Assembly (NCBI GenBank): GCA_963792965.1
Contig: CAWBYW010000007.1
Location: forward strand, 288,001-352,000
Reading direction: 5' to 3'
Source: an uncultured delta proteobacterium
GTDB lineage: Bacteria; Desulfobacterota; Zymogenia; Zymogenales; Zymogenaceae
Length of the DNA stretch: 64,000 nt
Under the pieces are notes generated by a model, which saw only the letters and a list, made by a program, of their open reading frames with translations, had not been told where the DNA came from and ran no database searches. Positions 46,221 to 55,263 of this stretch are shown piece after piece. Positions within the stretch are counted from its first letter, which is position 1. Every line of letters begins with the position of its first letter. The position numbers were made by a program, and so were the translations under genes.

Positions 46221-47333
46221 CTAAGATATGCCGACGGTATATTCAGTGGCCCCGATCCGCTTGACTAATCCCTTCATTTCGAGGTCCAGCAGGATCGCGA
46301 GCACCTGTTCGCTCCTGAGGCCGCACTCTTCGATGATAGCATCGATACATGCTGGTCCGTGCTCCACGGACTTTAACACAACCCTTTCTTCTCCGGAGAG
46401 ATTCTCATCGAGACTGTGTTCCCGTGTCCGGGCCGATTTCAGCTGGTCCCGATATCCGTGGAGGAGATAACGCAGCTCCTCGATGACATCATCGGCGGTT
46501 TCCACAAGCTTCGCGCCCTGTCGGATCAGCTTATGTGTGCCGCGGGACCTCATGGAGGTGATGTTGCCGGGCACGGCAAACACCTCTCGATTCTGTTCGA
46601 GGGCGCACTGGGCGGTGATGAGCGCACCGCTATTGGGCGACGCCTCCACGATCACCACGCCCAGCGAGATCCCGCTTATGATCCGGTTGCGTCGCGGAAA
46701 GTTCATCATCTCGGGGCCCGTGCCCATCGGGAACTCCGTGATTACCGCCCCGTGCCCGACGATCTCGTCGTAGAGCGCGCGGTTCTCCGGCGGATAAATT
46801 ACGTCGATCCCCGACCCGAGGACGGCGATCGTCCTCCCCTCCCCCTTGAGCGCCCCAATATGGGCCGCCGAGTCGATGCCGCGGGCCATTCCGCTTACGA
46901 CCGTGACACCCCGCTCGGCGAGCCCTCGGGCAATCGCCTCCGCGGAGGCAATCCCGTATCGGGTCGAATTCCGCGACCCCACGACCGCAACCGAGAGGGC
47001 GTCGGGCTCCTCTAAGGAACCTTTCAGATAGAGTATCGGCGGGGCATCATAGACCTCTCTGAGCCGTTTCGGATAGCCATCGTCCTCGAGCGTCATGATG
47101 GTTATCCCTTCCCCCTCCGCCCGCAGGATCTCGTGTTCGATCGGGCCCCAATCCTTGAAAGACGCGATGGCCGATATTTTTACCTCGCCCAGGCCCTCGA
47201 GGCCGGAAAACTCGCGCCGCTTGGCACCAAAAACCGCCTCGGCCGTCTTGAAGTGGCCGATCAACTTCTTATAGGTGACGCTGCCCACCCCCGCGATGGA
47301 AAAAAGAGCTATGGCGTAGTGCCGAGAGTCCAT
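46221..47333 (-). CDS. dprA: DNA-processing protein DprA
   Basis: AVVGSR, VSGMARGIDS.AH, FPRRNRIISG, SGALITA, REVFAVPG. Confidence 0.96.
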   Translation of the reverse strand: MDSRHYAIALFSIAGVGSVTYKKLIGHFKTAEAVFGAKRREFSGLEGLGEVKISAIASFKDWGPIEHEILRAEGEGITIMTLEDDGYPKRLREVYDAPPILYLKGSLEEPDALSVAVVGSRNSTRYGIASAEAIARGLAERGVTVVSGMARGIDSAAHIGALKGEGRTIAVLGSGIDVIYPPENRALYDEIVGHGAVITEFPMGTGPEMMNFPRRNRIISGISLGVVIVEASPNSGALITAQCALEQNREVFAVPGNITSMRSRGTHKLIRQGAKLVETADDVIEELRYLLHGYRDQLKSARTREHSLDENLSGEERVVLKSVEHGPACIDAIIEECGLRSEQVLAILLDLEMKGLVKRIGATEYTVGIS

Positions 47334-47429
47334 TGGGAAAAGAAGTATATATATTTTACAAATTAAGTCAAGATGAAAAGCGGCGCCGAGAATTCCCGAC
47401 GCCGCCGAGCGAGCCTTATGGAGCCCTAT

Positions 47430-48600
47430 CTATTCGACCTGCAGCCTGACCATATCGCCGAGGGTAATGTTTGAATTCGACCGGCTGACCACCGCCGTGG
47501 ACGTAAACTCACCGGCATTGAGAATCACGAGCTGTCCGATCACGTCGGGTGGATAGATGATCCCCTTAGCGGAGAGCTCCTCGGTTACCGTATTGCTTTC
47601 GAGCATCTTCTGGTATTCTTCGGCCTTCAGCTTTCCCTTATTATATTCTTCCCTCAGCTGCAGAACGTCAAAGACGTCGCCCACCCGGACCCCGTCGGCG
47701 TATCCCCTATCGATATAGACGACATCGTTTTCCCCGATCATCGGCGCTTCTTCTTCATTCTTTTCACCTTGTAAAGAGTAGACGATATATCCGACGACCG
47801 GATTCTTTCCTTTCATCACCCGTATAGTTTTTACGGTCGGCTCGAAGGGCCTGATTCGATCTTTGATTCTGATGACGTCGGTCGCGTTGAGGATTATCGC
47901 GGCCGCGGTCTTGGCACCGATGGACGTCACCTCAAGCTCGCCGACGATATTGACGGCGTAGCCCAGGGTCTTGCCGGTTATCGGGTGTTTAACCTTATCC
48001 TCGGCCCTGAATATGGAGAAGCGATCGCCGCGCTTCAGGTCCACAAACCGTTCCTTGGGCAGCTTGATAAAGACGATATTGTCGTCGGTGAGGAACCTCT
48101 TTTCCTCCCTTGTGTGATCGATATAGCCCGGAATCCTCAAGCTCCTTTTCGGTCATGAAGCCCGAGTTGAGGACCTTGGGAATATAATAGACGTCCGACG
48201 GCTCCATGGAAAACTTCTCTTCCGTTGACGGAGTGGGGGTAACCTCCGGCGGTAGGACCTCGGGATAGCTCGTGATCCCCTCGGGGACCTTGCGGATGAC
48301 CGGTTGTGTCTCCTCGGCGACCGGTTTCGTCTCCTCCGGGGCCGGTTTCGTCTCACCGAGGATGAGCTTATCCCCCGGACGGATCACATTGGGGTTCTTG
48401 ATCTGGGGGTTGAGATTCCAGATCAGCGGCCATTTGCCCGGATCCTGATAGACATCCTTCGAGATGGTCCACATGGTGTCACCCTTCTTGATGATGTAGA
48501 CCCGGGTGTCCGGGCTGGTGGGGGGAGGGGTCTGTGCCGAAGCGGCCACGGCGACCAAAAGCAGAGCAGCAACGGTCGAGGAAACGACTCTTTTTTTCAT
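47430..48600 (-). CDS. Exported LysM peptidoglycan-binding protein (TsaP-like); frameshift near 48128
   Basis: Signal peptide, Y.IKKGDTMW.IS...WP.IW..NPQIKNP..I.PG, C-terminal VVYIDRG...GV..G; upstream of dprA. Confidence 0.8.
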
Positions 48601-48627
48601 ATAGCATCCAATAAAAACGGTTAGATA

Positions 48628-49464
48628 CTACTTTATCCTTTCCCGCGCGAGGCCGGCCGCCGGTGTGTCGGGATACGTCTTGATCAGCTCGGCATAGGCG
48701 GCCAGCGCTTCGGTCGTATCGCCGAGCTTTTCATCGCAGTATCCCATCTTCAAAAGGGCGTCGGGTACCTTGTCCCTGCCGGGAAAAGAGTCCTTGACTT
48801 TCTTAAAGTTGTTAAAGGCCTTATGGTAGTCTCCCGTCAGATAGTAGCATTCGCCGATCCAATAGTAGGCGTTATCGGTCAGCTCATCGTTCGGATATGT
48901 CGTGACGAATTTCTGAAAGAGAGGTAAAGCGGCCTCCGCTTTCCGACCCATGATTTCGCCGAGGGCCGCGTCGTAAAGGACCTGGGCGTCTTTTGGGGTG
49001 AGATCCTTTGTCGGCGTTGTCCCGCCGACCGTCGACACATCTCCATCCTTTGGGGCGGCGCTCTTGGTATCGTTAGGGGACGTCCCCTTCACCTCGGACG
49101 GCGCCGCAGGCGTGCCCTTTCCTTCTTTCTCGGCCGGTGGCCCTGACTTGTCACTTGACGGGGCCGCCCCCCCCGCCGGCAACTCGTTCTTATCGAGTAT
49201 CTCTTCTTGTACCTGCTTGTGCGCACTCCCCGAGACGTACGCGTCAAGGGCGGTCTCATCGCGGCCCACACGCTCGCTCAGCTCGGCAACCTCCCTGGTC
49301 AGCTCCGCCACTTTGTCCCCGAGGTCGGTGATACTGCGGTCCATCTCGCTGATCCTTTTATCGTCGCTCGGCCTCACGTTTCCCGTGGTCATTTCACAAC
49401 CGGAGACGACGGACGTCAGAATACAGATCAGCAAGAATAATGGAATACGGAGGTCCTTCTTCAT
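48628..49464 (-). CDS. cpoB: Tol-Pal-associated TPR protein (CpoB/YbgF-like lipoprotein)
   Basis: Lipobox VSGC, coiled coil, YP...DNAYYWIGE, KVPDALLKMG. Confidence 0.82.
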   Translation of the reverse strand: MKKDLRIPLFLLICILTSVVSGCEMTTGNVRPSDDKRISEMDRSITDLGDKVAELTREVAELSERVGRDETALDAYVSGSAHKQVQEEILDKNELPAGGAAPSSDKSGPPAEKEGKGTPAAPSEVKGTSPNDTKSAAPKDGDVSTVGGTTPTKDLTPKDAQVLYDAALGEIMGRKAEAALPLFQKFVTTYPNDELTDNAYYWIGECYYLTGDYHKAFNNFKKVKDSFPGRDKVPDALLKMGYCDEKLGDTTEALAAYAELIKTYPDTPAAGLARERIK

Positions 49465-49584
49465 ATGGTATGACACCAAACCTCTCTTTCTTATTACATA
49501 ACCAATTTTAGCCCTTTTGTCAAGTATTTACCGGTCCGAGTTTTAACTTTGTTTTTCTATTTATCCGTGTTAGTATAGAAATTC

Positions 49585-49613
49585 GGAACATCCGGTACCC
49601 GTCGGTGTCGTAA
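49585..49613 (+). promoter_or_regulatory. Putative ECF sigma promoter for the DUF4349 gene
   Basis: GGAAC-N17-GTCGTAA; shares GGAACAT, the spacing and GTC with the promoter at 932. Confidence 0.55.
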
Positions 49614-49634
49614 GAAAAAACGGAGGTATCATAC

Positions 49635-50597
49635 ATGAAAAACCGAAAAATCCTTATGTTACTGGTCCTCGTGCTGCTGTCCCTTACCTTTGCGCTGTCC
49701 TGCAGCAGCAAAGAAAAGGCGATGCCACCGGCGGGAACCGGAACAGATGCCGAAAAGAGCCTCGGCGGCGCCCCCTCCACGACCGAAGCACTCGCACCGG
49801 AGGCCGCTCCCTCTCCAACCACGGATGAGATGACCCGCACCCCCGCAGCTCCCGCTCCCTCCGAGTCCATGGAGCAAAAGATCATCAAGACGGCCGATAT
49901 CAGTATCGAGGTAAAGAACTTCGAGACATCTCTTACCGAAGTCAGGAAGATCGTCAAGGAGGTTGCCCCCACAGACAACGACGGCTATATTGCAAATAGC
50001 TCCTCTTCAAAATCCGATTCCGGCGCTCTGACCGGCACGGTCGTGATCCGAATCGTCCCGGGTAAGTTCGACCTCCTGATCGAAAAGCTGACCGCCCTCG
50101 GAGACGTCAAGTCCCAGCAGATAACGGGCGAGGACATTACCAAGGAATACTATGATCTCAAGGGCTCACTCACGGTAAAGGAAAAGACGGAAGAACGTCT
50201 GCTGCAGCTTCTGGCGACACGCACGAATAACGTCGCCGATCTCCTTGAGGTCGAGCGCGAGCTCGGCAGGGTCCGTGAGGAGATCAACGGCATCGAGGGT
50301 ACGCTGAGGTATTATGATAACCTCGTGGGAAAATCGACCATCAACCTGACGCTTTACGAGCCGGAGCCGATCGTTTCCGGCGCAGGTGTTATTTGGGGTC
50401 CGGTTAAGGACGCCCTGAGGAATTCCCTTGAGGTCTTCTCGAAGTCTGTCGCCGTTCTAATTGTCTTTGTCATGGGCGCCCTGCCCTGGATCGTCGTCGG
50501 CATCATTATTTATTTTATCGTCCGAGCGATCGTCAGGAAGCGACGCATCAAAAAGCAGCAGGAAGCCGCGTCAAGCGCGAAACCGAAAACAAAGTAG
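49635..50597 (+). CDS. DUF4349 domain lipoprotein
   Basis: Lipobox LSC, KIIKTA, EDIT.EYYDL, DLLEVERELGRVREEI, C-terminal TM. Confidence 0.88.
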   Translation: MKNRKILMLLVLVLLSLTFALSCSSKEKAMPPAGTGTDAEKSLGGAPSTTEALAPEAAPSPTTDEMTRTPAAPAPSESMEQKIIKTADISIEVKNFETSLTEVRKIVKEVAPTDNDGYIANSSSSKSDSGALTGTVVIRIVPGKFDLLIEKLTALGDVKSQQITGEDITKEYYDLKGSLTVKEKTEERLLQLLATRTNNVADLLEVERELGRVREEINGIEGTLRYYDNLVGKSTINLTLYEPEPIVSGAGVIWGPVKDALRNSLEVFSKSVAVLIVFVMGALPWIVVGIIIYFIVRAIVRKRRIKKQQEAASSAKPKTK

Positions 50598-50615
50598 TCA
50601 AACAAACCAATCCGT

Positions 50616-50644
50616 GGGGGGATGGGACCATCCCCCCATTTATT
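50616..50644 (+). terminator. Stem-loop, possible terminator or attenuator after the DUF4349 gene
   Basis: TGGGGGGATG-GGAC-CATCCCCCCA followed by TTTATT. Confidence 0.55.
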
Positions 50645-50648
50645 CCTT

Positions 50649-52073
50649 ATGCGAGACATCCCTCTCTATACCCTCATCCCGAAATATGACCGGCTTGGAT
50701 CGGTTATGATCGATGCCGGTATGCGGGTCTACCTCGTCGGCGGAGCGATCCGCGACTTCCTCCTCAACAGACAATCATACGACTTTGACTTCATCGTCTT
50801 CGATGACCCCGAGGATTTTGCCCGGAGATTTTCCGACGCGGTCGGCGGGAGGCTGGTCGTCCTGGACGACGAAGAGCGAATTTACCGGGTGGTTTCGGAA
50901 GGGATCGAATACGATTTTTCCGCCCCGAAGGGGCCCGACCTCCCATCGGACGTGAGAAAGAGGGATTTCACCATCAATTCCCTTGCCGCAGACGCGTCGA
51001 TATCCCCCTCCCCGATTCTTTCCCTGGCCGGGGGCCAAGCTGACCTTACCGAGGGGATTATCCGGATCACCTCAGACGGGGTCTTCGAGGACGACCCCCT
51101 ACGGTTACTTCGGGCATTTCGGCTGGCCGCCGTCCTTGATTTCCGCATCGACGACGAGACGAAAGAGATGATCTCCGAAAGACACGGCCTCATCTATTCC
51201 GTCTCCCCCGAGCGCCTTCGAGACGAATGTGCCAAGCTCTTCTCCGCCCGGCGCTCTTTTGGGGTCGTTCTCTCGATGGATGAGACAGGGCTCCTGACGA
51301 CGATCTTCCCACAAATCGAGTCCATGAGAGGGGTGTCGCAGAACCGCTGGCATATCCAGGACGTTTGGGGCCACTCTCTTTCCTCCCTTCGGGAGATCGA
51401 GGCGATCATGGAATGCCCCGAGCGCTTCTTCCCCGGACGCGGAGCCGTGATTGCCGCATACCTCGACGGACCGCTCGGCTCAGGCTGGACTCGCGGCTCC
51501 CTCCTGAAGCTGATCGCCCTCGTCCACGACATCGGAAAGCCCGAGACGAGGATTATCGGTAAAGACGGCGAGGCGGCGTTTTACGGACACGAGAACAGGG
51601 GCGCGGAAATCTTCACGAACGTCGCAAGCACTATCCTGCTGGGCAAAAAGGCCGTCCGCTTCGGAAAGATTCTCATTAAGAACCATATGCGGCTCCTGTC
51701 GCTTTCTGTCTCACAGAAGGTAACCAGGCGTGCGATCACGAGGCTCTTTCGGGACGTCGGTGATGCCGTCTGCGCCCTCCTCATCCTCGGGCTTGCAGAT
51801 ACGATGGCCGGCAGGGCCGATCAGGAAAGGCTGGAACAAAGCATACGGCTGATCGACGAGATCCTCACGACTCTCGACGAAGTCTCCCAGGCCGTGACTC
51901 CCCTGCTTTCCGGCGCCGAGATCATGGAGCTTGCCGCCGTTGGTGAGGGGAAGATCGTCGGGAGGCTCAAGTCCGACCTCTCCGACGCCCAGGCGTCAGG
52001 AGACATAACGTCGAAAAGGCGTGCAATGACTTTCATTAAAGAAAGGATGAAACGATATGGAAAGACTCTCTGA
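50649..52073 (+). CDS. tRNA nucleotidyltransferase/poly(A) polymerase family protein with HD domain
   Basis: YLVGGAIRD, DFDF, RDFTIN, DDPLRLLR, HDIGKP, FYGHE. Confidence 0.88.
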   Translation: MRDIPLYTLIPKYDRLGSVMIDAGMRVYLVGGAIRDFLLNRQSYDFDFIVFDDPEDFARRFSDAVGGRLVVLDDEERIYRVVSEGIEYDFSAPKGPDLPSDVRKRDFTINSLAADASISPSPILSLAGGQADLTEGIIRITSDGVFEDDPLRLLRAFRLAAVLDFRIDDETKEMISERHGLIYSVSPERLRDECAKLFSARRSFGVVLSMDETGLLTTIFPQIESMRGVSQNRWHIQDVWGHSLSSLREIEAIMECPERFFPGRGAVIAAYLDGPLGSGWTRGSLLKLIALVHDIGKPETRIIGKDGEAAFYGHENRGAEIFTNVASTILLGKKAVRFGKILIKNHMRLLSLSVSQKVTRRAITRLFRDVGDAVCALLILGLADTMAGRADQERLEQSIRLIDEILTTLDEVSQAVTPLLSGAEIMELAAVGEGKIVGRLKSDLSDAQASGDITSKRRAMTFIKERMKRYGKTL

Positions 52074-52578
52074 TACCGCGCGGGTCATCAAGTGCGTCTT
52101 CGGGGTGTTGATGATCGTCTCCTTTTTTCTCCCCTGGGTTGCCCAGACCCCGAGCTGTATGGACAAGACGGTCGTCATTCGGGACAACATCTCGGGATTC
52201 ACGCTCGTCCGCGAGGGCACCGTGGTTCAGGCGCTTGCGGCGCCCCTCTTCGGGATAGCCGCTGCCGCCCTGGCGCTCATCGTCCGGGGACGCGCGATGC
52301 CGCTTTTCCGTTCCCTTGTCTCACTGGTCGAGATCCCCGTCGCCGTATATCTTATCTTCTATGTCGACGTCGCCCTGAGGCTCTTTACCCCCTTTGTCAT
52401 CCGATACGGGTACATCACGACCGAGGTCCTGTTTTACGGCATCCCGATCATCTCACTGTCCGAGGTTGGTATCCACTTTGAGAAGCTCAAGAGAAACGGA
52501 AAGGTCATCGTCGGTGTCGTCATCGTCGCCTACGTCATCATGGCGCTCGTCGGGTACCTCTCTCGCCATATGATGTGA
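52057..52578 (+). CDS. Hypothetical membrane protein (about 5 TM)
   Basis: Hydrophobic ORF overlapping the upstream stop; FFLPW motif. Confidence 0.7.
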   Translation: MERLSDTARVIKCVFGVLMIVSFFLPWVAQTPSCMDKTVVIRDNISGFTLVREGTVVQALAAPLFGIAAAALALIVRGRAMPLFRSLVSLVEIPVAVYLIFYVDVALRLFTPFVIRYGYITTEVLFYGIPIISLSEVGIHFEKLKRNGKVIVGVVIVAYVIMALVGYLSRHMM

Positions 52579-52596
52579 CGGCACTCCGCCAAATCA

Positions 52597-52620
52597 AAAG
52601 GGGCCCGAAGCCCCCTTTTA
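52597..52620. terminator. Bidirectional terminator between convergent genes
   Basis: AAAAGGGGC-CCGAA-GCCCCCTTTT. Confidence 0.6.
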
Positions 52621-52694
52621 ATTGATCGATCGATCGGATCGCCGAAACGCGTGGAGATCCGGGTATGATTCGTTGACCGTACGTCCCCCGCGAA

Positions 52695-53243
52695 TTACCG
52701 CTTGCCTTCGGCCGGCCCGACGGCGCAGGATTCCATGTGCTTCCTTCGTTCTTCACTGCTCCCGAAGAACTTCTTCATTCTCCCGAGCATACTTTTGTCC
52801 TCTATCGCGCCCTTGATGCTCTCCTCATAGCCAAGTGTTGCGTAGTAGGTCGCCCGGTCGAAATAGAGTATCCCCCTGTTATTGAGCTCCTGAACCTGAA
52901 ACAACTCGAAGGCCGTCCCGAAGAAGCCCTCCGCCGTTACGACTTCGACGATAACCTTCCTGAGCAGGGAAAGTGCGTTGATGATGTCGTGCATGGCGTA
53001 GTCGTCCTTAAAGAGCTCCCGTCCGAATTGGGTGAAATCGAGACAGATGCGGTACTTGGAGATGTCTTTCGTGATGACTTCGTCGAAGCCGTCCAGGATC
53101 TCCCCCGTCATCCTTCTCCACTTGACCTCATCGATCCCCTCGCTGATCCTGAGGGTCTTGGTCTTCTTGAAATCTTCCAGCCAGAGGTTGATAATCTGTT
53201 CTCTCTTGTTCCGAATTATCGCCACAAATCGTTCGTTAATCAT
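52695..53243 (-). CDS. Stand-alone RsbRD-N-like helical (globin-like) protein
   Basis: I...REQI..LW, FGRE, I.ALSLLR, FDRA.YY...GYE. Confidence 0.55.
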   Translation of the reverse strand: MINERFVAIIRNKREQIINLWLEDFKKTKTLRISEGIDEVKWRRMTGEILDGFDEVITKDISKYRICLDFTQFGRELFKDDYAMHDIINALSLLRKVIVEVVTAEGFFGTAFELFQVQELNNRGILYFDRATYYATLGYEESIKGAIEDKSMLGRMKKFFGSSEERRKHMESCAVGPAEGKR

Positions 53244-53409
53244 GTTCGCCCTACCTTTCCAATGAGAAGTTCCGACAGTCGTTTCTTGCCCTTTATCCTA
53301 AGGGATTATCCCATGTGATATTTCATTTTTGTTCGTTCTCACAAATACGGCGTCAGGATAGCATATTTTGTAGATACTCACAATAGGGAAATGGCGCGTC
53401 CCCTCAATT

Positions 53410-53913
53410 TTATACGGTCCGAACGACCTCCTCTAACACCTCTCCTTTACCCGGCGTATGAACCCCGGCGTATCCGAGCGCGACAAGGATGACCGCCCGA
53501 TAGTCCTTCGGTGCCCGCACGAGAGCAAGCAGCTTCTTTTCATCGAAGTCAAAAGAGAGACCGACCGATACCCCGAGCTCCCGGGCCATGAGGACGATAT
53601 GGGTCACGGCGATCGGAATATCGATCATGAAAAAGGGTTGTTCCCTTCCCCGACTGCCTCCCACGACCCATGGATCGGCGCACGCGGCGATGATCGTCCG
53701 CGCGGTCTTAAAGGCGGGCACACTTCCGAGGGCCGCGGCCTCTTTCAGGAGGCCCTTTTCCTCGATAACAAAGAAGCGCCATATCTGGGCGTTGTTCGCC
53801 GAAGGGGCGAGTCGGGCCGCCTCGAGAATTGTGATGATCGTCTCGTCATCAACGGCTTTTTCATTGAACCGAACCGGCTCTTTAAGCTTTCCAATCAGGT
53901 CGGGTATTACCAT
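53410..53913 (-). CDS. Nitroreductase family protein
   Basis: ILEAARLAPSA.N.Q.WRF, D..IA..H..L.A.ELG, LGY; start ATG 53913 overlaps the upstream stop. Confidence 0.85.
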   Translation of the reverse strand: MVIPDLIGKLKEPVRFNEKAVDDETIITILEAARLAPSANNAQIWRFFVIEEKGLLKEAAALGSVPAFKTARTIIAACADPWVVGGSRGREQPFFMIDIPIAVTHIVLMARELGVSVGLSFDFDEKKLLALVRAPKDYRAVILVALGYAGVHTPGKGEVLEEVVRTV

Positions 53914-54506
53914 GGCGCCCTCAAGAAGGCCGCGATCTTTTCCATACCGACCCTCCTTTTTGAGACCAGATTCCTGGCCATATAGTCCCACGAGGTAACC
54001 CTGATCTTCTCAGGCGCATACCCAAGCGGGCTGACCGCCACGATCCGAATCTCACTACCGAGGCCCAGCACATTCTTGATCCCCTCCTCGCCGAAGCCGC
54101 CGAGCCAGCAGGTGGAAAGACCGATTTCCGCGGCCGCCAGCACCAGCATCTCCATGACCATTGCCGTTTCGGCAAGATAGAGGTATTTATCTCCCACTAC
54201 GCGCGCCTTTTCGGGGTAGCCGCAGGCAATGATGAAGGCCGGTGCCTTCGTGGTGAGAATCCAGGGGTTGATCTTGCCGAGCCACCCTGAGAAGTTGGCC
54301 CGGGTGAGTCTCTTCCTTGTGCCCTCGTCGATCACAAAGAGAAAGCGCGGGCTCATAAACCCGAACGACCGCGCCCCTTGCCGGGCCACGTGGGCCAGAT
54401 GATCGAGCTTCTCCGGCTCGACCGGAATATCGGCATATTTCCTGACGCTTCGCCTGATCCTCACGATCTCCATGAAATCTCGGGGATCATTTCCCTGTTC
54501 GGCCAC
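53907..54506 (-). CDS. Nitroreductase family protein
   Basis: RRSVRKY, LVLAAAEIGLSTCWLG, PLGY; start placed at GTG 54506. Confidence 0.85.
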   Translation of the reverse strand: MAEQGNDPRDFMEIVRIRRSVRKYADIPVEPEKLDHLAHVARQGARSFGFMSPRFLFVIDEGTRKRLTRANFSGWLGKINPWILTTKAPAFIIACGYPEKARVVGDKYLYLAETAMVMEMLVLAAAEIGLSTCWLGGFGEEGIKNVLGLGSEIRIVAVSPLGYAPEKIRVTSWDYMARNLVSKRRVGMEKIAAFLRAPW

Positions 54507-54596
54507 CTCTGAATCTCCACCGGTCGCCCGGCCGTCTCGTCGTCTGAGTGAACTCACCGAATTGTCCGGATTTTGCCTACAGGCGGGCCGCCCCTT

Positions 54597-55106
54597 TCAC
54601 ACCTCACCCGAATACCAGATGCGTGCGTATTGCTCGGGGTCTTCCCCGAGCCTCTGCTCCAGGAGCACAAGATTGATGACGTCCTCGCGGTTGTAGCGCA
54701 ACAGCAGCCTGAGAGCGTCGATGTCCCCCTTCCTCTCGTATCGATCCCAGAGGACCGGGGCGTCCCGGCCCGTGAGTCCGACGGTCTGACGGACAATGCC
54801 GAGCTCTTTCTCCACGCCCTTCAATCCACCGTAGAGTCCTTTCCTCCAGCAGTCGTACATGAGATCGTGTGAAGTAAAACGGGCCCTCAAATCGACGCCC
54901 ACCACCCTCCTGATGACCGGAAGGTCGAAACGATTGCCGTTGTAAGTAACGATCACGGACGCGGGCGCCAGCGTATCGATCAGACTCTTTTCGGTAATAT
55001 CATCGTCGATAAGCTGGATAATCTGGTCGGGCGGAATACAAATCCCCACCACCGTGATTTCTCCGTTGAAGGAGGTCTCTATGTCGAGATATGCGCGATC
55101 AAACAT
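54597..55106 (-). CDS. RNase H-like (YprB/DEDD) exonuclease domain protein
   Basis: YLDIET, TYNG.RFDLP, GGLK.VE, YNREDV. Confidence 0.88.
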   Translation of the reverse strand: MFDRAYLDIETSFNGEITVVGICIPPDQIIQLIDDDITEKSLIDTLAPASVIVTYNGNRFDLPVIRRVVGVDLRARFTSHDLMYDCWRKGLYGGLKGVEKELGIVRQTVGLTGRDAPVLWDRYERKGDIDALRLLLRYNREDVINLVLLEQRLGEDPEQYARIWYSGEV

Positions 55107-55204
55107 GGAACATTCTTTTCAATTTTATGTTTACTCCAGCCGGTCTCTAACTGTCGGAGACCATATGTTAAAACAGGTGCCCTCAAAAATCAAGGATAAT
55201 CGGG

Positions 55205-55234
55205 TTGACACGGCCGCCTGACCTGCTATATAAT
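55205..55234 (+). promoter_or_regulatory. sigma70 promoter for the M48 protease gene
   Basis: TTGACA-N18-TATAAT. Confidence 0.65.
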
Positions 55235-55263
55235 CTTGATGGCTTTTTTCAGAGGATTCCGTC

